A stretch of DNA of 15,537 nt from Candidatus Thorarchaeota archaeon (GCA_029858305.1 JAOUFI010000051.1:1-15537), one strand, 5' to 3'. Positions 9,665 to 15,537 are shown, numbered from the stretch's first letter. Program-made: numbers and translations. Notes: generated by a model not told the origin, from the sequence alone.

Positions 9665-9723
9665 GGATTTTTTGGGGGTGATGTTTTCGACAATCTAATA
9701 CTACATAGAACAGTCGTGGACAC

Positions 9724-10341
9724 TCACAAAGGGTAGCCTATTGTCTGCGCGAATAAAATCCGTTGAGTAGGAAGCAGCTTGAATTCGACCATAATGGTTT
9801 CTCTATCACAATTGTGGAACCAGGTAGCCAATCCCTCTGAGGCGGCAAAGAGATTGATGTTCTGCGCGATGAACCCAGTGTCTGTGAAGTAATACGACTT
9901 CTGAACTTCGGGTTCACCAATATGAGGATCAGGTTGGTCAGGTCCAAGGTCATACCTTGCGAGGTCTACAACATAGAAGATGTTCACCGGTGTATGCCTT
10001 GTAAGTCTAGATGCACCGCCCTGACCTGAGATGCTACTGAAGTCCCCTGTAGCAATGGGCGTCAGCTGATGGGGAATTGCCTCATACAAGTACAACCCAC
10101 TCTTCAATGCAACATAAAGATCAATCTCTTGTGAATTACTTGCAGAGGGAGCTGTGCGTCCTGGTTTATGAAAGGATGCCTTCTCACGATTCACGCCAAA
10201 GGCGGCCCAGAGAAGGTTTGAGAGAACCTGTAGTGGAATCTCTCTAGAACCGATATTTCGATTAGTTCGCCTGAGTGATAGGGCTTCCAGTAGGGTCTTT
10301 CCACCTCTCTTCATAGGTTCTGGTAAGATAATTGAATCCAT
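9724..10341 (-). CDS. Nitroreductase family protein (SagB/ThcOx-like FMN oxidoreductase)
   Basis: LEALSLRRTNR, LSNLLWAAFG, RTAPSASNSQEIDLYV, and DTGFIAQNINLFAASEGL. ATG at 10341 is preferred over GTG at 10350 because AGGTG lies upstream of it. Confidence 0.88.
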   Translation of the reverse strand: MDSIILPEPMKRGGKTLLEALSLRRTNRNIGSREIPLQVLSNLLWAAFGVNREKASFHKPGRTAPSASNSQEIDLYVALKSGLYLYEAIPHQLTPIATGDFSSISGQGGASRLTRHTPVNIFYVVDLARYDLGPDQPDPHIGEPEVQKSYYFTDTGFIAQNINLFAASEGLATWFHNCDRETIMVEFKLLPTQRILFAQTIGYPL

Positions 10342-10449
10342 TGCACACACCTACTGCAGATCTGGTTCCCATCTCAGATAGATAGCATCGATGCCATCAC
10401 TTATGACTTCTATATCAGTAATCGCGAATTTATGTGATATATCAATTAA

Positions 10450-10560
10450 GGCAAAGAGAGATATTTGGACCTGACTGTTTACCGTATAGGCAAGAGAAGC
10501 AGATGTAGCTTCATTTTCAAAAAGAGAGAGGAGATTCCTCTCTCGTTCCTTTTCCTTTTC
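10450..10560 (+). repeat. Dispersed intergenic element, copy R1 (with 3' hairpin)
   Basis: CCTGACTGTTTACCGTATAGGCAAGAGAAGCAGATGTAGCTTCA (10470-10513) is 38/44 identical to R2. Confidence 0.9.
10524..10560. terminator. Perfect 9-bp hairpin with pyrimidine tract, possibly a bidirectional terminator
   Basis: GAGAGAGGA-GAT-TCCTCTCTC (10524-10544) with an A-run before it and a T/C tract after it. It lies downstream of the 63-aa gene. Confidence 0.55.
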
Positions 10561-10635
10561 AAAGAATGACTGATTAGACAGAATTTCTTCATTTTGTAGT
10601 CAGAATCTACTTTCTAAAGAGGAAGAAAGGTGTTT

Positions 10636-10827
10636 CTATGACTTTTCAGTCACTATATTGAGCCCTGCAATACCTAAACAAAACAGTGCGATTCCAATCA
10701 TTGTTTGATCTACGGATTGTCCAAGTAGGGGCAATACAATGGCTGCCACACCCATTGCAAGTGCAACCGCATAGAGGACTAATAGTACGATTTTTTGCGT
10801 TGACATTTTAGTCGACATTTTTTTCAT
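10636..10827 (-). CDS. Small two-helix membrane protein, function unknown
   Basis: Two hydrophobic segments and a strong SD (AGGAG) directly upstream of the ATG. Confidence 0.8.
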   Translation of the reverse strand: MKKMSTKMSTQKIVLLVLYAVALAMGVAAIVLPLLGQSVDQTMIGIALFCLGIAGLNIVTEKS

Positions 10828-10896
10828 CTTCTCCTATTGATACCAAGTTTTCTGGTGATATGGCATAGGATTGTTAGTATATTATTTAATCGATGC

Positions 10897-10990
10897 AACT
10901 TGATCCTGACTATCTGCCGTACAGGCAAGAGAAGCTGATGTAGTTTCAAGTTTCGAATCAAGAGAGAAGATTCCTCTCTCATCATCTTTT
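10897..10990 (+). repeat. Dispersed intergenic element, copy R2 (with 3' hairpin)
   Basis: CCTGACTATCTGCCGTACAGGCAAGAGAAGCTGATGTAGTTTCAAG followed by AGAGAG-N7-CTCTCT (10961-10979). 10906-10934 is 28/29 identical to 12863-12891. Confidence 0.92.
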
Positions 10991-11006
10991 CTTGCGGATC
11001 GTCATG

Positions 11007-11582
11007 CTATATTTTGTTAGGATTTGTCCATTCTCTTCTAAGTAAAGAGTAGTAGCAGTCATCTCTGAATTCTCCTCTAAAGAAGGAACTGTCTCGAGAG
11101 ATGCCCTCTTCGGAGAAACCCAGTCTCCTGAGGAGGTCCCTTGAAGCCATGTTAATGGCTGCTGTGTGAGCTTCGATTCGATTTAGATTCAGATTTTCAA
11201 AGCCATATTCTATTATTATTCTCAGAGCTTCAGTCATGAATCCACGTCCCCAATACTCCTTCAGAAGATCATACCCTATCTCACCACTGCGGTTCTCTTT
11301 GTCGATTTTCTCATAACTGCACGTACCGATGAATGTGTAATCTTCTTTCAATACTATTGCCCAAGCAATTCCATTCCTCTTTTCATAGCGGTCACTGAAG
11401 CTCTTGATGATGCTTTTTGATTCTTCCACATTTTCGAGAGGTTCCATTCCAATAAGGACCGCTACCTCATCATCCGAGAGATTCTTGAACCAGTTCTCTG
11501 AATCATCAACAGTAAGTTGGCGTAAGATTAGTCGTTGAGTTTCAAGTATAGGAAAAGGTGAACTTCTTGACATTAAATGCAT
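11007..11582 (-). CDS. RimJ/RimL-family GNAT N-acetyltransferase
   Basis: LETQRLILR, EIGY.L..EYWGRGFMTEAL, LNRIEA, and N.AS..LL.RLGF.EEG. Confidence 0.93.
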   Translation of the reverse strand: MHLMSRSSPFPILETQRLILRQLTVDDSENWFKNLSDDEVAVLIGMEPLENVEESKSIIKSFSDRYEKRNGIAWAIVLKEDYTFIGTCSYEKIDKENRSGEIGYDLLKEYWGRGFMTEALRIIIEYGFENLNLNRIEAHTAAINMASRDLLRRLGFSEEGISRDSSFFRGEFRDDCYYSLLRREWTNPNKI

Positions 11583-11674
11583 CTCAATTAGTAGGAGCCC
11601 AACGCCCCTGATATTTCAATCGGGTGAAAGACTAACAATTGCTCCTCTATGGAAACCAACTCTTCATTATATAG

Positions 11675-11716
11675 CTCAGGAAACCTTCAGACCGTATTAT
11701 CTGTCAGTATCAGCAA
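11675..11716 (+). repeat. Degenerate left half of the element (R2b), overlapping the ADH stop codon
   Basis: CTCAGGAAACCTTCAGACCGTATTATCTGTC shares CTTCAGACC exactly with R4 (13474-13482) and has TATCTG.C at the same spacing as in R2/R3. Confidence 0.55.
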
Positions 11717-12728
11717 TGTCGTTGAAAAGGACGATTCGGTAGCGTGCTTTGTTTTCTTTAACCTTCCGAATCGCTTTGTTGACCTCCGACATGGGCATCA
11801 ACTCCATTTTAGGCATGATGCCATGCTCCTGCGCGAAAGAGAGCATCTCCCGCATTGTGGTCCGATTGCCGAGGAAAGAACCAGTAATCGACAGCTGGTG
11901 TGCAACGAGGTCAGTCGAATTGAATGATACATCTGGGAAACCAACAACGACTAGCTCCCCATTTTTCTTCAAGATGTTCAATAACGGCTCCCAGTTAATC
12001 TTGCCGCTGGCAGTGCATAACAGTAAGTCGAAATCAAACTGAGCTTGCCTTAGGCTAACCTTGTCGTCCGAAGCGATGAAGTGGTCTGCGCCAAAAGCAA
12101 GCGCCTGCTGTTTCTTCTCTTCAGAGGAAGAAATTGCAGTGACATCGTAGTCAAGCGCGTGGGCGAACTGCAGTGCGAGGTGGCCTAACCCTCCCACACC
12201 AATGATACCGATCTTCTGTGCGGATCGATTTGCGTACGATCGGAGCGGGGAATAGACCGCGATTCCAGCGCACATGAGCACCGCGGCCACCTCAGAGCGC
12301 ATGGCATCAGGAAGCGGATAGGCAAAGCGGCTATCAACAAATACAGAGGACGAGAAGCCACCAAAGGGGACCCACGTTCCCGAGTCAACAATGTCCAAGC
12401 ACAGCTGTTCTTCACCCTGTAAGCACCACTCACATTTCATACAAGAACGGCCTTGCCAACCGATGCCTACACGATCCCCTTCCTTTAAGTCGGACACTGC
12501 ACCGCCTACATCTGACACGTACCCAACTATCTCGTGACCTGGGACAAAGGGATAGGCGGTTATTCCGTAGTAGTCGTCAATGGCGTGGATATCAGTATGG
12601 CACAGACCGCAGTGCGTAACAGAGACCCTGATATCATGCTCCCCTAGTTTAGGGGGCTTGAAGGCGAATTGCTCGAGCGGCTGTCCCACCGCTCTTGCTG
12701 CATATCCCAGAACCCTCGAGGAAGGCAT
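11697..12728 (-). CDS. Zn-dependent NAD(P) alcohol dehydrogenase (MDR superfamily, CAD-like)
   Basis: CGLCHTD, PGHE, structural Zn motif CMKCEWC.....C, GVGGLG, and ARYRIVL. ATG at 12728 follows GGAG; GTG at 12740 is the alternative start. Confidence 0.95.
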   Translation of the reverse strand: MPSSRVLGYAARAVGQPLEQFAFKPPKLGEHDIRVSVTHCGLCHTDIHAIDDYYGITAYPFVPGHEIVGYVSDVGGAVSDLKEGDRVGIGWQGRSCMKCEWCLQGEEQLCLDIVDSGTWVPFGGFSSSVFVDSRFAYPLPDAMRSEVAAVLMCAGIAVYSPLRSYANRSAQKIGIIGVGGLGHLALQFAHALDYDVTAISSSEEKKQQALAFGADHFIASDDKVSLRQAQFDFDLLLCTASGKINWEPLLNILKKNGELVVVGFPDVSFNSTDLVAHQLSITGSFLGNRTTMREMLSFAQEHGIMPKMELMPMSEVNKAIRKVKENKARYRIVLFNDIADTDR

Positions 12729-12843
12729 TCGTACGACCACTCCAGTTTAATAGTATGCATCCACTGGATAGGCCAAGGATGCTGCCCAATGTTAATTGAA
12801 GCTAGGATATTAGCATTCCGTTCAGTAGAGAAAAATAGTCCAA

Positions 12844-12897
12844 GCAAGAGAAATCTTTGGAGCTGACTATCTGCCATACAGGCAAGAGAAGGCAGGT
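12844..12897 (+). repeat. Dispersed intergenic element, copy R3 (3' part absent)
   Basis: GCAAGAGAAATCTTTGGAGCTGACTATCTGCCATACAGGCAAGAGAAG, located between divergent genes. Confidence 0.92.
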
Positions 12898-12959
12898 CTT
12901 ATTGTAGCATGAAAGACTTTTATCCACGAACCACTCTTCCATGCGCCAAGGGACAATAA

Positions 12960-13448
12960 GTGATTTTTAGAAGGAGGGCTAAGAAAGCGAAAATACAGGT
13001 CTATCTTCGGAGTGGAGAGAGACCAAACACAGACTGGCTGAGAGCTGCGTCTATTATGAGAGGAAAGGACAACAAACCAATGGATCCCATTACAAGGAGT
13101 ATGGTTGGTGCGTTCACTCTTGCAGCCAAGACAGAGATAGAACTGTCGGGAGGAACAGGTCTGCACATGTCAATCTTTGAAAACACAACACTCCTTATTG
13201 TTCAAAAAGCAGCAGAGGACTTGAATTGTGAATACGAGTTCATCGACCTCAGGACTGGTTCATTGATGGACTTAGATGAACGAGGTAGGCTTCGTACTAT
13301 AGGAAAGAAAAAACTAGACAATTATGAACAAAATCTACCTGCACCATGTTTGAGGGTGGGAGAGGCTGTGCAACCTTTCCGCTCAGAACAAGGTCCCACT
13401 ACTGACGAAATCAGACATTTCTATCTAAGCAATTCGCCACAGATGTAA
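12960..13448 (+). CDS. Hypothetical protein (162 aa), weak resemblance to a thioredoxin-like fold without CxxC
   Basis: Fills the R3-R4 interval. Segments IQVY, AAEDLNCEYEFIDL and PAPCLRVG recall glutaredoxin secondary-structure order. Confidence 0.7.
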   Translation: MIFRRRAKKAKIQVYLRSGERPNTDWLRAASIMRGKDNKPMDPITRSMVGAFTLAAKTEIELSGGTGLHMSIFENTTLLIVQKAAEDLNCEYEFIDLRTGSLMDLDERGRLRTIGKKKLDNYEQNLPAPCLRVGEAVQPFRSEQGPTTDEIRHFYLSNSPQM

Positions 13449-13463
13449 TCAGGCAGGCCTCAC

Positions 13464-13570
13464 CTCAAGGAGTCTTCAGACCTAATTGCTCACCCTACAG
13501 GCAAGAGAATCAGATGTGATTTCAAGTTCTAAATTAGGAGAGAGGGAACCTACCTCCCCTCTTCTTTTTT
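13464..13570 (+). repeat. Dispersed intergenic element, copy R4 (with 3' hairpin and T6)
   Basis: GACCTAATTGCTCACCCTACAGGCAAGAGAATCAGATGTGATTTCAAGTT followed by an imperfect GGAGAGAGGGA...TCCCCTCTTC hairpin and TTTTTT. Confidence 0.88.
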
Positions 13571-13623
13571 ATACTAAATATGCATTCTCACATTGCTACA
13601 AACAAGTAAACGAGAGATGAAGT

Positions 13624-14127
13624 TTGGTCGAGGAGTCTGATTTGTCAGAGGTCAAACAGGTGACATACACAAAGAAAGAGTTGAAGAAGTATCTGAAGGA
13701 TCTTGTCAAGAAAAAAGACAGATTGACCGCATTCAAATTCGAGTATCAATCGGGGCATACAGCTTTTCATACTCGACTGAGAATAGTGATAACATCCGAA
13801 AGAGTCGAGCATCGGAGAATTCCAAGAGGTATTCCTGTCGATAGTCCAAATGAAGCGAACGCGACGAAATTACAGCAGATGAATTTCTCCGGTGAGAAGT
13901 TATCTGAATTTGTAGGAGAGTTGATGAATAGTAAGATATGGGACTTGGAGAATTGTACTGAGAGAGCACTTCCTGATACAGCCCTACTCACCTTTAGTAT
14001 CAGGGACAATGACAATCTTGTGTTCGAACAGAAGGTCTGGGAGAGCTGCAGAAATGACGACAAGAGCACGAAAGAGCTACTACGTACTATCGCAGCTATC
14101 ATTCCGCGGGATTGGACTCCTCCGTAA
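13624..14127 (+). CDS. Hypothetical protein (167 aa)
   Basis: Long ORF with normal soluble-protein composition filling the R4-R5 interval. TTG start; no family recognised. Confidence 0.72.
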   Translation: MVEESDLSEVKQVTYTKKELKKYLKDLVKKKDRLTAFKFEYQSGHTAFHTRLRIVITSERVEHRRIPRGIPVDSPNEANATKLQQMNFSGEKLSEFVGELMNSKIWDLENCTERALPDTALLTFSIRDNDNLVFEQKVWESCRNDDKSTKELLRTIAAIIPRDWTPP

Positions 14128-14153
14128 CTTCTTGAAAATCATCATGAATCGCT

Positions 14154-14216
14154 AGATATTCGGATTAGATAATCCGCCATACTTATGACAAGAGAAGCAA
14201 ATGTATTTCCAATTCG
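14154..14216 (+). repeat. Dispersed intergenic element, copy R5 (diverged, 3-nt insertion in the core)
   Basis: AGATATTCGGATTAGATAATCCGCCATACTTATGACAAGAGAAGCAAATGTA aligns collinearly with R1 AGATATTTGGACCTGACTGTTTACCGTATAGGCAAGAGAAGCAGATGTA. Confidence 0.75.
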
Positions 14217-14318
14217 CATTTCGGAATTTTTGCCATAAGTAGAATATCAAAACGTACTTCCTATGCGCAGGGATTATATGCCTCATCAATCTTCTACGCT
14301 CTCGTGTGGTGATAGCAC

Positions 14319-14771
14319 ATGACAAAGGCTCTAATTGTTTATTATAGCTTATATGGTAATACTGAGAAAGTAGCAAATGCCTTGGCTGCAGGTCTACAGA
14401 GCGTCGGATGCGACGCCAAAACTGTCAAGGTTGACGCCTTCAACTTGAATAGTTTAGGCGAAACCAATCTTTTGTGTGTTGGGACTCCAGTGCATGCTTT
14501 TAATATTTCAAAGCCTATGAAGGAGTTTCTTGAGCGATTAGAGAATCAGGAAGGCCTGAGTGGTAAGAAAGCATTTGCGTTTGATACCAAGATGAAGAGT
14601 AGATTAGCTGGTACTGCTGGTGGCAAGATTGAGAAGAAACTCAAACAACTTGGTTTTGAGATTATCGAGCCAGCCAAGTCAGCAGTTGTGAAAGGCAGAG
14701 AAGGACCTCTTGAAGAGGGTGCTGAAGAAACATTCAAACAGATAGGTGCTGAACTAGGCAGAATGGTGTAA
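14319..14771 (+). CDS. Short-chain flavodoxin family protein
   Basis: FMN phosphate loop YYSLYGNTEKVA, GTPVH, and GKKAFAFDT. Confidence 0.92.
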   Translation: MTKALIVYYSLYGNTEKVANALAAGLQSVGCDAKTVKVDAFNLNSLGETNLLCVGTPVHAFNISKPMKEFLERLENQEGLSGKKAFAFDTKMKSRLAGTAGGKIEKKLKQLGFEIIEPAKSAVVKGREGPLEEGAEETFKQIGAELGRMV

Positions 14772-14795
14772 TAATCCAAAAGAGAACCAGATTAT
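14771..14795 (+). repeat. Vestigial element core (R6)
   Basis: AAGAGAACCAGAT (14780-14792) is 12/13 identical to R4 AAGAGAATCAGAT and is preceded by ATAATCC as in R5. Confidence 0.4.
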
Positions 14796-14826
14796 CGTGC
14801 ATACCTAGCGAGATTGGGTGAACTGA

Positions 14827-15129
14827 ATGGAAGCATCACTAAGAGATATGCTCAGGCATGGAAGGAAGTTTGAACGGATGAGGACTGATGAACCGGGAGT
14901 GTTCATAAGGAAAATACCTCAGTATAAAAATGAACCAGCCTATCTGGCTGTCGAAATCAATCCGATTGATAAGAACGGACTCCCAATGAATAAAATTGGA
15001 GTCATCATAAGAAACCAGAACGAACTTGACGCAATTAGAGCAATTCTCTCTCAAAAAAAGGTAGATGAAGTACTTCAGGCGATTGAGAATGTCAGCCAAC
15101 AAAAAGCTGACAAGAGAGATGAGGAATGA
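14827..15129 (+). CDS. Conserved archaeal-type hypothetical protein (100 aa)
   Basis: SD GGGTGA upstream. The PGVFIRKIP...LAVEINP...GLP..K.GVIIR pattern is recalled from uncharacterised archaeal proteins and was not verified by search. Confidence 0.8.
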   Translation: MEASLRDMLRHGRKFERMRTDEPGVFIRKIPQYKNEPAYLAVEINPIDKNGLPMNKIGVIIRNQNELDAIRAILSQKKVDEVLQAIENVSQQKADKRDEE

Positions 15130-15137
15130 CTGCCTGC
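15111..15137 (+). repeat. Possible decayed left half of the element (R7), overlapping the stop of the 100-aa gene
   Basis: CAAGAGAGATGAGGAATGACTGCCTGC compared with R1 CAAAGAGAGATATTTGGACCTGACTGTTTAC and R2 TGACTATCTGC. Confidence 0.33.
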
Positions 15138-15155
15138 TAAACCCTTTTTCTTCTT

Positions 15156-15419
15156 TCAGGTCAAATTAGCGTTGAATTCGTTAATTGTTTCCACATAAAG
15201 ATCAGTCTTATCGTTGTGAATCGCATGACTAGAGTCAATCCGTTTGTATATCATAGCAGGGGCTAACTCTCTTGCTCTTGCCGCATCATCATCGCCCATG
15301 GCTCCAGAAAGACCATAGTCGGGATGGCGCGACCAATTTGCATGGAGAAGCATCATCGGACATGAGGCTCGTTTCAACGCATCAGTGTGGTCATCAAATT
15401 CTAAATTTCTTATCATCAA
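15156..15419 (-). pseudogene. 5'-truncated alpha/beta hydrolase fragment
   Basis: DALKRASCPMMLLHANW...SHAIH...YVETINEF is the C-terminal end of an alpha/beta hydrolase. There is an in-frame TAA at 15516-15518 and another gene ends at 15484, so the N-terminal part is missing. Confidence 0.7.
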
Positions 15420-15483
15420 GAATCCGGTGTATCCACTAGTCAGGAAGGTATTCCGGTTTCCGATTATGACATTCCAAGGACGA

Positions 15484-15537
15484 CTATCCAGCTCTCTTTC
15501 GAACGAACAGCACGATTACGACAACAGCTATTATTCC
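15484..15537 (-). CDS. 3' end of a gene for a C-terminally membrane-anchored protein (runs off the window)
   Basis: Reads GIIAVVVIVLFVRKRAG*, a transmembrane helix with a basic tail. TAG at 15484-15486. Not in the ORF track. Confidence 0.7.
   Translation of the reverse strand, partial: GIIAVVVIVLFVRKRAG

Noticed and set aside
10470-10544. SECIS element or tRNA fragment
   Set aside because: Adjacent genes have no in-frame UGA at catalytic positions, and no cloverleaf or T-loop consensus is present.
10893-10956. Canonical integron attC site
   Set aside because: R2 has AAC...GTT ends, but they do not fit RYYYAAC/GTTRRRY and are not conserved in the other copies. No intI is in the window.
10450-13570. 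IS element or MITE
   Set aside because: No transposase, no conserved terminal inverted repeats and no consistent target-site duplications, and uniform orientation is unexpected for random insertion. Not fully excluded without genome-wide data.
10450-14216. CRISPR array interpretation of the repeats
   Set aside because: Intervals are hundreds of bp and contain whole genes, the repeats are diverged, and no cas genes are present.
144-15102. Short overlapping ORFs in the track (e.g. 1922-2230, 3611-3907, 4065-4517, 11749-12042, 12867-13166, 13767-14102, 14152-14376, 14839-15102)
   Set aside because: They are antisense or out-of-frame shadows of well-supported genes, or span repeats, and show no recognisable motifs.
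15437-15445. Reverse-strand TCCTGACTA matching the start of R2
   Set aside because: Only 9 bp, in the opposite orientation, with no extension.
15156-15537. Intact hydrolase simply cut by the window edge
   Set aside because: An in-frame TAA at 15516-15518 and a different gene's 3' end at 15484-15537 show that the truncation is internal.

Overview
Archaeal-looking window (moderately low GC, TATA-type promoter candidates, archaeal-type phosphohexomutase). An Asgard/Thorarchaeia-like origin is an impression only and is unverified. The left part (1-9610) holds a membrane-anchored LVIVD beta-propeller gene and an 8-gene sugar cluster: GH100-like hydrolase, GT4, PIG-L deacetylase, CBS pair, GH130, a split GT4 plus (alpha/alpha)6 pair, and a GlmM/PMM mutase. 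The right part (9724-15537) is a string of small unrelated accessory genes in mixed orientations: nitroreductase, 63-aa membrane protein, RimJ/RimL GNAT, a GC-rich Zn alcohol dehydrogenase, two orphans, flavodoxin, a conserved hypothetical, a truncated alpha/beta hydrolase and the end of a membrane-anchored protein gene. The main observation is a dispersed 55-110 bp element (core CCTGACTATCTGCCGTACAGGCAAGAGAAGCAGATGT) that separates these genes one by one. There are five clear copies and several decayed ones, all in the same orientation regardless of gene direction, and each contains an RYYYRCC-spacer-GGCAAGA dyad. This resembles an integron-like gene-cassette array with a non-canonical recombination site. 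No recombinase gene is present in the window.
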